A stretch of 64,000 bases of DNA from contig JAWOLC010000011.1 in the NCBI GenBank assembly GCA_033853925.1, forward strand, positions 978 to 64,977, in the 5' to 3' direction. Each line of letters starts with the position of its first letter. The first letter of the stretch is position 1. A program made the position numbers and the translations under genes. This DNA comes from Candidatus Eiseniibacteriota bacterium (GTDB taxonomy: Bacteria > Eisenbacteria > RBG-16-71-46). Below are positions 1-10,918 of this stretch, one piece after another. The notes below the pieces were generated by a model. It was not told the DNA's origin. It searched no databases and saw nothing but the letters and a program-made list of their open reading frames with translations.

Positions 1-1465
1 CTGCCCCGGCACCTCGGAGAGGAGCATGTACAGCGGCTTGATGTAGTAGTCGGCGCCCCCGGCCAGGAGCACCGGGACGAACGCCTTCCAGGGAGCGATG
101 GAGAGGGCCACGCGCTTGCGGTCGCGGTCGGGGAGGGAGCGCCAGTTCGACACGAAGCGCTCGATCCCCGGCACGTCGGGCATGGGCGCAGCCGCGAAGC
201 GCGCCTCGTAGCCGGCCCGGTGCACGTCCACCGCGAAGCGCTGGAACTGGAGCGCCTTGGCGAGGATCGCGTGCGCCCGCCCGTACTCGGGGCAGAGGCG
301 CAGCGCCGCGAAGCAGCGCGCGCGCGCCGCGGCGAAGCGGCCCTCCTCGAAGTCCAGCGAGGCGAGGCGGGCGAGGACGTCCACCCAGCCCGGATGGGCG
401 TGCTGCACGGAGGCGTAGGCGGCGCGGGCGCCGCGGTGGTCGCCGGCCGCGAGCAGGGAATCGGCGCGGGCGAGCGCGTGCCGGCCGGGCTCGTCGGCGA
501 AGGCGCGCGGGTAGGCGGCCCGGAGCTGCGTGTAGTTGCGGCGCACGGTGTAGCCGTTGCCGCGCAGGTAGTGCCCCATCTCTCCATAGGGACTCAGGCG
601 CGTGCCCCATTCGGCCGCGGTGATCGCCTCGTCCGTGCGGCCCACGCGCAGGAGCGTCTGCGCCAGGAGGGTCATGGCGTCGCCCGAGACTCCCGCCTGG
701 AGCGCCCGGCGCGCCGCGGCCAGCGCGCCGTCCCAGTCGCGGTACCCGATCCTCACCTGCGCGAGGCCGATCAGGGCCGAGTCGCGGGCGGCGGCGAGGT
801 AGCGCGGCGGCTCGCCGCCCGCCGGCTGCCGGGCGGCGATCGTCGCGAGCGCCCAGTCGTAGCAGGACTCGGCGCGCGCGAAGGCGAGCAGGCTCGTGGC
901 CAGGCGGCCCGCAGCCAGCAACTCGGGGAGGCGGGCGGGCCCGGGTGCGGCGAGGGCGTCGCGTGTGAGCGTGTCGACCCGGGCCGCATCGTCGTGCGCG
1001 AAGAGCCAGGCCAGAGTCGCCTCGCGCTCCTCGTCGGTCGGATCGCGGAGCGTGGCCAGCTTCGCGAACCAGGGCGCCGCCGCGGCGAAGTCCTGGCGCG
1101 CCAGGAGGACGCGGGCGTCGAGGAGCGCGACCCGCCGGGGCTCGCCCTTCAGCTCGGGCAGCAGGGCCTTCGCCTCGTCCACGCGACCCAGCCGCAGGAG
1201 GAGATCCACGCGCATGCCGGCGTCCGCTCGGGCCGCGGAGGAGGCGAGCGAGGCACGCCAGGCGTCGACCTGCGCCTGCACGGGCGCGAAGAGATCGCTG
1301 TCCGGCGGGGCGACGGCGCGCGCCGCGGGGGCGGCGCCCGGGGCCCGGGAGCAGGGCAGGATGGCGAGCAGGAGCGCGAGCCCCGCGGCCCAGGGGCCGC
1401 GGCGCGAGCGGGCAGGTGCGGTGGGGAAGGCGGTGTGGCTCGTGAGAGGGCGACGGCGGAAAACG
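1..1465 (-). CDS. TPR-repeat protein with N-terminal signal peptide (GTG start near 1465; C-terminus runs off the window at position 1)
   Basis: Reverse-strand translation gives a continuous protein: VTAPLVFRRRPLTSHTAFPTAPARSRRGPWAAGLALLLAILPCSRAPGAAP...TPR-like helical repeats...AQCFAALRLCPEYGRAHAILAKALQFQRF...YIKPLYMLLSEVPGQ. It is absent from the ORF track only because no stop lies inside the window. The listed + strand ORF 220..1536 is its antisense artefact. Confidence 0.6.
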
Positions 1466-1787
1466 AGTGGGGCGGTCACGGCGGGCTCCCTGGCATGGAT
1501 GGCGCACGAGATTCGACCATCGAGGCTGGAATCTAGGCGGGGCCTGCGGGAGCGTCAACGGGCCGCCGCGGTGCGAGCGCGCCTGCTCGGCCACCCTCGG
1601 GCCGCCCGCGCGCGCGTGCGCTCCCGCCTCGTCTTCCACGCCGCGAAGCGCGCGAGGGCTCGGGGCTGCCGGTCCGGGCCTTCGGATTGGCCCGAGGACC
1701 CCGGGAGACTGGGTGGACGGGCATCTCGTGGTCCGGCAGGGAGCCGGCCGGACGGGCCGGGGGGAGGCCGGGCCGTGCCCGAGCCGG

Positions 1788-2771
1788 CTACGGCACCAGG
1801 ACGGCTGCTCCCCTGAGCTTCCCCTCGCGCAGGCGGGCGAGGGCTTCGTTGGCCTGGGCGAGCGGGAAGGTCTCGGTCTCCGTGCGCACGGGCACGCGGG
1901 GCGCGAGCGCCAGGAACTCCTCGCCGTCCCGACGCGTCAGGTTCGCGACCGAGCAGAGGGTGCGCTCCTCCCAGAGCAGCTCGTAGGGGAACGAGGGGAT
2001 GTCGCTCATGTGGATGCCACCGCAGACCACGACGCCGCCCCGCGCCACGGCGCGCAGCGCCAGAGGCACGAGCGAGCCCACGGGGGCGAAGATGAGCGCC
2101 GCATCCAGCTCGACCGGCGGCCGCGCCGTGGAGTCGCCCGTCCACGCCGCGCCCAGCTCGCGGGCGAAGCGCTGAGCCGCCTCGTCGCCCGGGCGGGTGA
2201 AGGCGTAGATCTCCCGGCCCTGCCAGCGCGCGACCTGGGCGACGATGTGCGCGGCTGCCCCGAAGCCGTAGATCCCGAGCCGCCGCGCTTCGCCGGCCTT
2301 CGTCAGGGTGCGGTAGCCGATGAGCCCAGCGCAGAGCAGGGGCGCCGAGGCCACGTCCGCGTACGAGGGAGGCAGGGCGAAGCAGAAGCGCTCGTCGGCC
2401 AGGGTGTGCTCGGCGTAGCCGCCGTCCAGCGTGTAGCCCGTGAAGCGCGCGCGCGCACAGAGGTTCTCGCGGCCGTTGCGGCAGTAGTCGCACTCGCCAC
2501 AGGTCCACCCCAGCCAGGGGATCCCCACGCGCTGGCCGGGCGCGAAGCGCGTGACGCCGGGACCCAGGGCCTCGATCTCACCCGCGATCTCGTGTCCGGG
2601 AACGAGGGGCAGCTTGGGGCCGGCCAGCTCGCCGTCCACGACGTGCAGATCGGTGCGGCACACGGCGCAGGCGCGCACGCGCACGCGCACCTGGCCCGGC
2701 CCCGGGACGGGCAGGGGCAGCTCGCCCCAGCGCAGCGGCGAGCGGGCCCTGTCCAGGATCATCGCGCGCAT
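1788..2771 (-). CDS. Zn-dependent alcohol dehydrogenase (MDR superfamily)
   Basis: Start at the internal ATG (MRAMILD...) preceded by GGAGGG. Catalytic Zn motif GHEIAGEI, structural Zn site CGECDYCRNGRENLC, and Rossmann motif GIYGFGAAAH. The 66-aa N-terminal extension of the listed ORF is GC-rich junk. Confidence 0.85.
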   Translation of the reverse strand: MRAMILDRARSPLRWGELPLPVPGPGQVRVRVRACAVCRTDLHVVDGELAGPKLPLVPGHEIAGEIEALGPGVTRFAPGQRVGIPWLGWTCGECDYCRNGRENLCARARFTGYTLDGGYAEHTLADERFCFALPPSYADVASAPLLCAGLIGYRTLTKAGEARRLGIYGFGAAAHIVAQVARWQGREIYAFTRPGDEAAQRFARELGAAWTGDSTARPPVELDAALIFAPVGSLVPLALRAVARGGVVVCGGIHMSDIPSFPYELLWEERTLCSVANLTRRDGEEFLALAPRVPVRTETETFPLAQANEALARLREGKLRGAAVLVP

Positions 2772-2964
2772 GCTCGCTCCCTCCGAGGCTCCCGGCCCGT
2801 CGAGTACCGGCGGCCCGTCCGCCGCATGATACCCCGCCTGGCTCGGGGCGTCCGGGGCCGGGGCGTGCGCCGCAGCCGTGCCTTCCCTCGGCCTCGCTCC
2901 CGATGCATCATGCGCGGCATCGTCGGTCGTAGCCGTGTCCCCTCCCCCGCAGGAGAGCCGATCC

Positions 2965-3600
2965 ATGAAGAGCTACCTCACGGAGTTCGTCGGGACGTTC
3001 TTCCTCGTGCTCACGGTCTGCCTCGCCGCGCCCAGCACCCCCGCGCTCGCGCCGCTGGCGATCGGCGCGGCGCTTATGATCATGGTGTACATGGGCGGGC
3101 ACGTGTCGGGAGGCCACTTCAATCCGGCGGTCTCCCTGGCCGCCACGCTGCGGGGTGCCCTGCCGGGACGGCAGCTCGTGCCCTACTGGATCGCCCAGCT
3201 CCTCGGCGCGGTCGTCGCGGCCCTGCTCGCCTTGTACGCCCTGGGCAAACCGTTCGCCTGCGCGCCGGGCCCGCAGGCGAGCGCCGGCCAGGCCCTGCTC
3301 GTCGAGTTCCTCTTCACCTTCGCCCTGTGTCTCGTGGTGCTGAACGTGGCCACGGCGAAGAAGACCGCGGGCAACTCCTACTTCGGTCTCGCCATCGGCT
3401 TCACCGTCACGGTGGGCGCCTTCGCGGGCGGCGGCATCTCGGGCGGAGCCTTCAATCCCGCCGTGGGCTTCGGGCCGATCCTCGTCTCCTCGCTCGCGGG
3501 CGCGAGCGGGTGGACGAACCTCTGGCTCTACATCGTCGGCCCGCTCCTGGGCGGCGCGCTCGCGGCCGTGGTGTTCAACCTGCAGGGGGCGGGCGAGTAG
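2965..3600 (+). CDS. MIP/aquaporin-family channel
   Basis: Start MKSYLTEF preceded by AGGAGA. Six TM segments. Two NPA boxes (SGGHFNPAVS and SGGAFNPAVG). The second box is NPA-V rather than the canonical NPA-R. Confidence 0.85.
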   Translation: MKSYLTEFVGTFFLVLTVCLAAPSTPALAPLAIGAALMIMVYMGGHVSGGHFNPAVSLAATLRGALPGRQLVPYWIAQLLGAVVAALLALYALGKPFACAPGPQASAGQALLVEFLFTFALCLVVLNVATAKKTAGNSYFGLAIGFTVTVGAFAGGGISGGAFNPAVGFGPILVSSLAGASGWTNLWLYIVGPLLGGALAAVVFNLQGAGE

Positions 3601-3618
3601 GCCCAGCCGCGACGCGAA

Positions 3619-3655
3619 GGCGGGCGAGGAGAGGCGCACCCTCTCCTCACCCGCC
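3619..3655 (+). terminator. GC-rich hairpin downstream of the aquaporin gene (9+6 bp stem, 5-nt loop, no U-tract)
   Basis: ggcgggcGAGGAGAGGcgcacCCTCTCCTCacccgcc lies immediately after the stop at 3600. Confidence 0.4.
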
Positions 3656-3895
3656 CGTGACAAGCGTCTCTCCTTCGGCCCGCTCTCCCGGCGCCACTAC
3701 TGACGAACTCCTGGCGCCGCTCGCGCATCCCAAGTGCAATGCCGATCCGGCCGACGATCGGCACCCCCTGTCGCGGCGGGACCGCAAGGCCGCCGCCATC
3801 GCTCCTGAGTGGTGCGAGGTGAACATGCGGGCTCTTCGCTGCCGGCCGCGTCGCGTCATGGGCTGCCGCGCCCCTTCCCCGGTCGTCCCCGCCTG

Positions 3896-5593
3896 ATGTC
3901 GCTCTGTCTGACGGGCAGCGTGGGTGGCCGCTCCTCGGTCTGGCCGCTCCAGGGGGCGAGCCTGAGCGTCGGGCGCTCCTCGCGTAGCGGCGTGCAGATC
4001 CCCGATCCCACCGTGTCGAAGGAGCACGCCGAGATCACCCGGCGCGACGAGCGGTGGGTCATCCGCGACCTGGGCAGCCGCAACGGCACGCGGGTGAACG
4101 GCGTGGACGCCCTCGAGCCGATCCCGCTCGCCGAGGGGGATCTGGTCGAGGTGGGCAGCGTGCTCCTGCGCGTCGCCGCCGAGCGCGTGGAGGCGGCGAC
4201 GCAGTTCAGCCCCTCGCCGGGGCTGGGCTCGACCGTGAAGCTCGCGGCCCAGGACTTCCTGGGCCGCTCGGCGCCCTCGGGGGAGGCCGCGGCGCGGATG
4301 GTGCACGTGCTCGCCGAGGCGGGGCGCGTGCTGGTCCTCCCTCGCCCCCTGGCGGAGACCTGCGAGAAGATCCTCGAGCTGGTCGAGCGGGCCGTGCCCG
4401 CCTCGCGGCTCGTCGTCCTCCTGCGCGACGCGCCGGGGGCCGAGCCCGTGCAGATCGCGGCGCGCAGCCGGGGCGGGAGCGCCCGCGAGCCGCTGGCGCT
4501 CTCGCGAGCCATCCTCTCCACGGTGCTCGACGAGTGCACCTCGGTCGTGATCAGCGACGCCCGGCACGATCCCCGCTTCCAGGCGCGGCAGAGCATCATC
4601 GCGGCCGCGATCCACTCGGCCATGGCGGTGCCGCTCTTCGACAACGAGCGCGTGCTGGGACTGCTCTACGCCGACACTCGCGACTTCGACGTGACCTTCG
4701 GGCAGGAGCACCTGGAGGTGCTCACCCTGCTCGCCAACATGGCGGCGGTGAAGATCACGAACGCGCGGCTGCTCGAGGCGGAGCAGGCTCGCGCCCGCAT
4801 GGCGCAGGAGCTGGCCACGGCGGCGCGCATCCAGCGCGGGCTACTCCCCCCGGAGCCGCCGGTGCTCGACGGCTGGGAGATCGACGACTTCCTCGAGAGC
4901 TGCTACGAGGTGGGTGGCGACCTCTACGACTTCCACCTCCGCCCCGACGGCAAGCTCCTCTTCGTCGCCGGAGACGTGGTCGGGAAGGGGATGGGCGCGG
5001 CGCTCCTGATGTCCTCCTTCCTCGCGTCGGCGCGCGTGCTCTACGAGGCCTGTCCCGAGCCCGGGGTCCTGGCCACACGCCTGGGCGCGCTCCTCGAGCG
5101 CGAGGCGGAGCGGGGCCGCTTCGTGACGGGGGTCGTGGCCTGCCTCGACCCGCGCACCGGGCGCCTCGAATACGTGAACGCGGGCCACCCGCCGCCGTGC
5201 GTGATCGACGCTTCCGGGCTGAGACGCCTGGAGAGCACGGGTCCGCCCTTCGGGGTGGTCGCGGGCGTGGTCTACGAGCCCGGCGTGGCGACGATCGCAC
5301 CCGGCGAGCTGCTGGCGCTCTACAGCGACGGCCTGCCGGAGGCGCAGCACGGCGACGAGTTCTTCGACGAGGAGCGCCTGGCCTCGGCGCTGCGCGAGTC
5401 CTACGGACTGCCGCTGGCGGAGGCACGGCGCCGGGTGATCGAGCGGGTGAAGACGTTCCAGGCCGAGACGCCACGGGGCGACGACCTCACGCTGCTCCTC
5501 ATTCGCCGCGGTGGGAGCGCGGTGACCGGGGCCTCGTCCGCCGGCGTGAGCGAGAGCGAGGCGGCCGTGGCCCCGGGCGGAGCGGTCCGGTGA
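3896..5593 (+). CDS. FHA domain - GAF domain - PP2C/SpoIIE-type Ser/Thr phosphatase
   Basis: N-terminal FHA (LSVGRSSRSGVQIPDPTVSKEHAEITRRDERWVIRDLGSRNGTRVNG). Central GAF. C-terminal PP2C/SpoIIE (GGDLYDF, VAGDVVGKGMGAALLMS, YSDGLPEA). An alternative upstream ATG at 3809 is possible. The stop is 7 nt before the first kinase gene. Confidence 0.8.
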   Translation: MSLCLTGSVGGRSSVWPLQGASLSVGRSSRSGVQIPDPTVSKEHAEITRRDERWVIRDLGSRNGTRVNGVDALEPIPLAEGDLVEVGSVLLRVAAERVEAATQFSPSPGLGSTVKLAAQDFLGRSAPSGEAAARMVHVLAEAGRVLVLPRPLAETCEKILELVERAVPASRLVVLLRDAPGAEPVQIAARSRGGSAREPLALSRAILSTVLDECTSVVISDARHDPRFQARQSIIAAAIHSAMAVPLFDNERVLGLLYADTRDFDVTFGQEHLEVLTLLANMAAVKITNARLLEAEQARARMAQELATAARIQRGLLPPEPPVLDGWEIDDFLESCYEVGGDLYDFHLRPDGKLLFVAGDVVGKGMGAALLMSSFLASARVLYEACPEPGVLATRLGALLEREAERGRFVTGVVACLDPRTGRLEYVNAGHPPPCVIDASGLRRLESTGPPFGVVAGVVYEPGVATIAPGELLALYSDGLPEAQHGDEFFDEERLASALRESYGLPLAEARRRVIERVKTFQAETPRGDDLTLLLIRRGGSAVTGASSAGVSESEAAVAPGGAVR

Positions 5594-5600
5594 GCCTCCC

Positions 5601-6100
5601 GTGCCGCTGAGCATCGGCCGGCGCCTCGGTCCCTACGAGGTCCTCGCTCCGCTCGGTGCCGGGGGCATGGGCGAGGTCTACCGCGCGCGCGACACCCGGC
5701 TCGGGCGCGAGGTGGCGGTCAAGGTGCTGCCCGAGCACCTCTCGGCCCACCCGGAGGTGCGGGCGCGCTTCGAGCGCGAGGCCAAGACGATCTCCAGCCT
5801 CAACCACCCGCACATCTGCGCGCTCTACGATGTCGGCCACGACGAAGGCGTGGACTACCTGGTGATGGAGCTGGTGGAGGGGGAGACGCTCGCCGAGCGG
5901 CTCAAGCGCGGCCGGCTGCCGGCGGAGCAGGTGCTTCGCCTGGGAGCCGAGATCGCGGACGCCCTGGACAGGGCGCACCGCTCGGGCATCGTCCATCGGG
6001 ACCTGAAGCCGGGCAACATCATGCTCGCGAAGGCGGGGGTGAAGCTGCTGGACTTCGGGCTGGCGCGCGCGGCGCTGTCCGCGGCGGCCTCGGTGGACCT
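5601..6100 (+). repeat. Direct repeat from tandem gene duplication: the kinase-domain coding region here is about 85-90% identical at the nucleotide level to 8243..8740 and, more weakly, to 10915..11400
   Basis: Visible by aligning ccgctcggtgccgggggcatgggcgaggtctaccgcgcgcgcgacacccggctcgggcgcgaggtggcggtcaaggtgctgcccgag with ccgctgggagccgggggcatgggcgaggtctaccgcgcgcgcgactcgcggctcgggcgcgacgtggcgatcaaggtgctgcccgag. Confidence 0.7.
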
Positions 6101-8246
6101 CTCCAGCACGCCGACGCTCACGCGACCTCTCACCACGGAAGGCACGATCGTCGGCACGTTCCAGTACATGGCGCCGGAGCAGCTCGAGGGCAAGGAAGTG
6201 GACGCCCGCGCCGACATCTGGGCGCTCGGCGCGGTGCTCTACGAGATGGCGACGGGGAAGAAGGCCTTCGAGGGGGCGAGCCAGGCGAGCCTGATCGGCG
6301 CCATCATGAACAAGGAGCCGGCCCCGGTCAGCTCGCTCACCCCCGAGCCGCCCGGGCTGGACCGGGTGGTGAGCCGCTGTTTGGCGAAGGACCCCGACGA
6401 GCGCTGGCAGACGGCGCGGGACGTGGGGCACGAGCTGCGCTGGATCGCCGGGCAGACCTCGCAGTCGGGCGCTCCGGCGGTGGTCGCGCCGCGACGGCGG
6501 CCCCGCGAGCCGCTGGCCTGGGCGATCGCCGGCGTGGCGGGGATCGCCGCGCTCTCCACTGGGATCGTGGACCTCGAGCGGCCGGCCGTGGAGCCCTCCA
6601 CCCTGCGCTTCAGCCTCGCGGTGGCCGGGGCCAAATCCATCGAGTGGCCGCGCATCTCGCCCGACGGTCGCACCCTGGCGTTCCAGGCGGCCGACTCGAC
6701 CGGGAAGATCATGATCTGGGTGCGGCCGCTCAACTCCCTCACCGCGGTCCCGCTCCCCGAGACGGAAGGCGCCGGGCGCCCCTTCTGGTCGCCGGACAGC
6801 CGCTTCCTCGGGTTCTTCATGGGCAATCAGCTCAAGAAGGTCCCCGTCGCCGGCGGACCGCCGCAGCTCATCTGCGACGTGCGCGGGGGCGCCGACGGCT
6901 CGTGGGGCAGCCGGGGCGTGATCGTCTTCGACGGCGCCCAGGGCGACTCGATCCGGCAGGTCTCGGCCGAGGGCGGTGAGGCGAGCGCGGCGACGACCCT
7001 GGCCCGCGCGCGCGGCGACCTCTATCACGCCTGGCCCTGCTTCCTGCCCGACGGCCGGCACTTCCTGTACCTGGCCTTCGGGAAGAGCCGCGAGGACACC
7101 CGGCTCGAAGCCGGCAGCCTGGGCTCGCCGAAGACGGTGGACCTGGGCCGGGTCCAGACCCGCGTGGACTACGCGCCCGAGGGCTACGTGCTCTTCGCCA
7201 GCGAGGGGACGCTGATGGCGCGCCCGTTCGACGCGCGTGCCCTCCGCTTCACCGGCGAGCCGTTCCCCGTGGCCGAGCGGGTTCGCTGCGCCCCCGGCGA
7301 CCGGGCCAACCTCTCCGTCTCGCGCACCGGCATCCTGGCCTTCATGCCCGGGGTCGCGGCCGCCAACCGCGAGCTGGTCTGGGTGGACCGGACGGGCAAG
7401 ACGTTGAGCACCGTCGGCGTGCACGCCGCCTACAACGACCCCGCTCTCTCGCCGGACGGCACGCGGCTGGCGTACAGCGTCACGGATCCCGAGTCGGGGA
7501 ACGACGACATCTGGGTGCGCGACCTCAAGCGCGACGTCGCCTCCAAGCTCACCTTCGATCCGGGCAACGAGATCTGGCCCGCGTGGTCGCCCGACGGCAG
7601 CCGCATCGCCTACGCCTCGGACGCTCGCGGCCCCTTCGCGCTGGTGCAGCGGCTGGCCAGCGGCGCGGGCGGCGTGGACACGCTCTACCATTCCCTGGGG
7701 AGCTCGGGCCCCAGCGACTGGTCGCGAGACGGACGCTGGCTCACCTTCATGAACTTCGACGCCGGGCACGCGGACCTCTGGGCGCTGTCCCTGTCCGGCG
7801 ACCATCGGGCGCAGCCCTTGCTCAAGTCCCAATTCACCACGCGCGACCCGGTGCTGTCTCCCGACGGCAAGTGGCTCGCCTACTTCTCCAACGAGTCCGG
7901 GCACATGGAGGTGTACGTCCAGCCCTTCCCCGGACCCGGCGGCAAGTGGCAGATCTCGACGAATGGCGGAGTCGAGCCGCGCTGGCGAGGGGACGGCAAG
8001 GAGCTGTACTACCTCACGCCGGACAACGAGCTCATGGCCGTGCCGGTGAGCGCCGGGGCCACGTTCGAGGCCGGGATCCCGGTCAAGCTCTTCGAGCACG
8101 CCCTGCCGCCCGGCCCCGGGACGCGCAACCGCTACGTGCCGACGGCCGACGGCAAGCGCTTCCTGCTCGTCGCTCCGGTGGAGAGCCCCGCCGCCGAGAC
8201 CTTCACCGTGGTCCTCGACTGGACCGCCGAGGCACGGAAGAGATGA
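5601..8246 (+). CDS. Ser/Thr protein kinase fused to TolB-like PD40 beta-propeller (paralog 1)
   Basis: GTG start. Hanks kinase motifs [41 protein letters not shown]. Then a TM segment and PD40 repeats ([50 protein letters not shown]). Confidence 0.9.
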   Translation: MPLSIGRRLGPYEVLAPLGAGGMGEVYRARDTRLGREVAVKVLPEHLSAHPEVRARFEREAKTISSLNHPHICALYDVGHDEGVDYLVMELVEGETLAERLKRGRLPAEQVLRLGAEIADALDRAHRSGIVHRDLKPGNIMLAKAGVKLLDFGLARAALSAAASVDLSSTPTLTRPLTTEGTIVGTFQYMAPEQLEGKEVDARADIWALGAVLYEMATGKKAFEGASQASLIGAIMNKEPAPVSSLTPEPPGLDRVVSRCLAKDPDERWQTARDVGHELRWIAGQTSQSGAPAVVAPRRRPREPLAWAIAGVAGIAALSTGIVDLERPAVEPSTLRFSLAVAGAKSIEWPRISPDGRTLAFQAADSTGKIMIWVRPLNSLTAVPLPETEGAGRPFWSPDSRFLGFFMGNQLKKVPVAGGPPQLICDVRGGADGSWGSRGVIVFDGAQGDSIRQVSAEGGEASAATTLARARGDLYHAWPCFLPDGRHFLYLAFGKSREDTRLEAGSLGSPKTVDLGRVQTRVDYAPEGYVLFASEGTLMARPFDARALRFTGEPFPVAERVRCAPGDRANLSVSRTGILAFMPGVAAANRELVWVDRTGKTLSTVGVHAAYNDPALSPDGTRLAYSVTDPESGNDDIWVRDLKRDVASKLTFDPGNEIWPAWSPDGSRIAYASDARGPFALVQRLASGAGGVDTLYHSLGSSGPSDWSRDGRWLTFMNFDAGHADLWALSLSGDHRAQPLLKSQFTTRDPVLSPDGKWLAYFSNESGHMEVYVQPFPGPGGKWQISTNGGVEPRWRGDGKELYYLTPDNELMAVPVSAGATFEAGIPVKLFEHALPPGPGTRNRYVPTADGKRFLLVAPVESPAAETFTVVLDWTAEARKR

Positions 8247-10918
8247 GCCTCGCACCCGGCCGGCGCCTCGGCCCCTACGAGGTCCTCGCCCCGCTGGGAG
8301 CCGGGGGCATGGGCGAGGTCTACCGCGCGCGCGACTCGCGGCTCGGGCGCGACGTGGCGATCAAGGTGCTGCCCGAGGAGTTCGCGCACGATCCGGCTCG
8401 GCTCGCGCGCTTCGAGCGCGAGGCCAAGGCGATCTCCAGCCTCAACCACCCGCACATCTGCGTCCTCTTCGACGTCGGGCGGGAGAACGGCACCGGCTAC
8501 CTGGTGATGGAGCTGGTGGAGGGGGAGACCCTGGCCCAGCGGCTCGAGCGCGGGCCCCTGCCCGCGGCGGAGGTCGTGCGGCTCGGCGTCCAGATCGCGG
8601 ACGCGCTCGAGCGCGCGCACGCCTCGGGGATCGTGCACCGCGATCTGAAGCCGGGCAACATCATGCTCACGAGGTCGGGGGCGAAGCTCCTGGACTTCGG
8701 CCTGGCGCGGCCGGCCGGCCTCGGCGCCGCCGGGAACGACACGAGCACGCCCACCCAGGCGCGGGCGCTCACGAGCGACGGGGCGATCGTCGGCACCTTC
8801 CAGTACATGGCGCCCGAGCAGCTCGAGGGCCGCGAGGCGGACGCTCGCAGCGACCTCTGGGCTCTGGGCTGCGTGTTGTACGAGGCGGCGACGGGGAAGC
8901 GGGCCTTCGAGGGCACGACGCAGGCGAGCCTCGTGGGCGCGGTCATGCGGGACCAGCCGAGGCCCATCGCGGAGCTGGCGCCTCTGGCGCCGCCGGGCCT
9001 GGAGCGCGTGGTGACCGCTTGCCTGGCGAAGGACCCGGCCGACCGCCTGCAGAGCGCGCACGACGCGAAGCTCCAGCTCCAGTGGATCGCCGAGGGCGGG
9101 TCGCAGGCCGGGGTGCCGGCGGCGAGGGCCGCGCGGCGCCGCAGCCGCGAGCGGTACGCCTGGGCGCTGGCGGGGCTCTTCGCCCTGCTCGCCGCGGGAT
9201 CCGCCGCGCCGCGGCTGTGGAGCCGCCCCGCCGCGCCGCGGAGCGCGCATGTGTCGGTCCTGCCCCCCGAGGACGCCATCATCGACGACGAGATGATGCA
9301 CACGGCGATTTCCACGGACGGCGGGTCGGTCGCCTTCGTGGCCACGGATGCCAGCGGCACGTCGCAGCTCTGGGTGCGGGAGTTGGCTTCGCCCCAGGCG
9401 CGGCCCCTGCCGGGCACGGAAGCCGCCACCCTGCCGTTCTGGTCGCCCGACAGCCGCTGGATCGGCTTCTTCGCCGAGGGGAAGCTCAAGAAGGTGGACG
9501 TGGCGGGGCGCAACGTGGAGATCCTCTGCGACGCGCCCGACGGCCGCGGCGGGACGTGGGGGCGCCGGAAGACGATCGTCTTCGCGCCGGCCTCGGCGGG
9601 CCCGCTGGAGAAGGTGTCCGAGGACGGCGGGCAGCCCGTGCCGGTGACGCGGCTGGACGCGAAGCGCGGCGAAGAGGCGCATCGCTTCCCCTCGTTCCTG
9701 CCGGACGGCCGGCGCTTCCTGTACGTGGCGCTGGCCCCGGGGATCAGGCTCGTGACGCGCCTCGGCTCCCTCGACTCGTGGACGGCGGATTCCCTGGTGA
9801 GCGCGGACGGCGCGGCGATCTACGCCGCGCCCGGCTACCTCATCTTCTCGCGCAACGAAGCGTTGCTCGCCCAGCGCCTGGACGAGGGAGGCCGCCGGCT
9901 GACGGGCGAGCCCTTCGCCCTGGGGCCCGCTCCTCGCGGCCTGAGCCTCTACTCGGGGGCGCCCGACGCGTCCGTCTCCGCCAACGGCGTCCTGGTCCAG
10001 CGCCATCGCGCCCCGCGCCGCTCCCGGCTCGCCTGGATGGACCGGGAAGGCCGCGTGCTCGAGACCTTGCCCACGCCGGCGGCCGAGTACGACACGCCCG
10101 TGCTCTCTCCGGACGCGCGCCACGTGGCCATCGGGCGCACCTCGCCGGAGACCATCAAGGACCTCTGGGTCGTGGATCTCGGGAGCGGCGTGGCGAGCAA
10201 GCTGACGACCGATCGCCTCTACGCCGAGAGCCCGGTCTGGTCGCCGGACGGCCGCACGATCGCCTTCTCGTCCCTGGTCGGTGGCGACCGCGTGATCTTC
10301 ACGCGGCTGGCGAGCGGCGCCGGCGACGTGACCCCGCTCGTCCGCCTCGACGGCCCCTTCAACGATCCCGCCTGCTGGTCCGCCGACGGCCGCGAGATCT
10401 TCCTGCGCCGCCTGGATCCGCAGACCGGCGAGGACGTCTGGGTCCTGCCCCTGGAGGGCGGGCGCAGGCCCTATCCGCTGCTCCACAGCCCCTATCACGA
10501 GGAGGACCCGAGCCTGTCGCCCGACTGTCGCTGGCTGGCCTTCCGCTCGAACGAGTCGGGGCGCACGGAGCTGTACGTGCAGTCCTTCCCCGTGCCGGAC
10601 GCCAAGCTGAGGATCTCCACCGACGGCGCGGGGACCTCGCCGCGCTCGGGCTCGGGCCAGCCCTTCTGGCGGAAGGACGGCCGGGAGCTTCTCTACCTGG
10701 CCGGGGACGGCGTCACCATGATGTCCGTGCCGATCGAGACGGCTGGCGGCTTCCACGCCGGGACCCCGCGAGCGCTCTTCCGCGTCCCGGCCGACTGCAA
10801 CGCGATCGTGGCCACCCCCGACGCGCAGCGCTTCCTGGTACTGCGCGAAGAGAGCAGCAAGGAGGGGACCTCGGTCCAAGTGGTTCTGAACTGGCCGGCG
10901 GAGCTGAGGCAGCGATGA
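8243..10918 (+). CDS. Ser/Thr protein kinase fused to TolB-like PD40 beta-propeller (paralog 2)
   Basis: ATG at 8243 overlaps the upstream stop as ATGA. The kinase domain is about 80% identical to paralog 1. PD40 repeats follow. The first 660 nt of the listed ORF (from 7583) are an out-of-frame overlap with paralog 1. Confidence 0.9.
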   Translation: MSLAPGRRLGPYEVLAPLGAGGMGEVYRARDSRLGRDVAIKVLPEEFAHDPARLARFEREAKAISSLNHPHICVLFDVGRENGTGYLVMELVEGETLAQRLERGPLPAAEVVRLGVQIADALERAHASGIVHRDLKPGNIMLTRSGAKLLDFGLARPAGLGAAGNDTSTPTQARALTSDGAIVGTFQYMAPEQLEGREADARSDLWALGCVLYEAATGKRAFEGTTQASLVGAVMRDQPRPIAELAPLAPPGLERVVTACLAKDPADRLQSAHDAKLQLQWIAEGGSQAGVPAARAARRRSRERYAWALAGLFALLAAGSAAPRLWSRPAAPRSAHVSVLPPEDAIIDDEMMHTAISTDGGSVAFVATDASGTSQLWVRELASPQARPLPGTEAATLPFWSPDSRWIGFFAEGKLKKVDVAGRNVEILCDAPDGRGGTWGRRKTIVFAPASAGPLEKVSEDGGQPVPVTRLDAKRGEEAHRFPSFLPDGRRFLYVALAPGIRLVTRLGSLDSWTADSLVSADGAAIYAAPGYLIFSRNEALLAQRLDEGGRRLTGEPFALGPAPRGLSLYSGAPDASVSANGVLVQRHRAPRRSRLAWMDREGRVLETLPTPAAEYDTPVLSPDARHVAIGRTSPETIKDLWVVDLGSGVASKLTTDRLYAESPVWSPDGRTIAFSSLVGGDRVIFTRLASGAGDVTPLVRLDGPFNDPACWSADGREIFLRRLDPQTGEDVWVLPLEGGRRPYPLLHSPYHEEDPSLSPDCRWLAFRSNESGRTELYVQSFPVPDAKLRISTDGAGTSPRSGSGQPFWRKDGRELLYLAGDGVTMMSVPIETAGGFHAGTPRALFRVPADCNAIVATPDAQRFLVLREESSKEGTSVQVVLNWPAELRQR

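Noticed and set aside
220-1536. 438-aa plus-strand ORF at the start of the window
   Set aside because: It is antisense to a clean TPR/signal-peptide protein on the minus strand. The minus-strand gene is missing from the ORF track only because it has no stop within the window.
3809-3895. Upstream ATG (MVRGEHAG...) as the start of the FHA gene
   Set aside because: The FHA domain and an M-S-L start begin at 3896. The extension is Pro/Arg-rich and unlike a protein N-terminus. Kept as a possible alternative only.
7583-8242. 5' 660 nt of the listed 1111-aa ORF containing kinase paralog 2. Also the 5' parts of ORFs 9019..13485, 28775..33283, 39778..43698 and 47384..51292
   Set aside because: These are out-of-frame read-throughs over the upstream gene. 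Real starts are placed where recognisable N-termini (kinase G-loop, signal peptides) begin, often overlapping the upstream stop.
5499-8255. 918-aa minus-strand ORF antisense to kinase paralog 1. Similar long antisense ORFs occur at 8132..10879, 11041..13602, 13406..15007, 14821..16629, 25679..28855, 28632..31244, 32946..35924, 35810..37444, 40519..46203 and 52811..55582
   Set aside because: Translations are low-complexity R/A/G/P-rich with no domains. Each lies opposite a strongly supported gene. They are typical stop-codon-poor antisense frames of a 70% GC genome.
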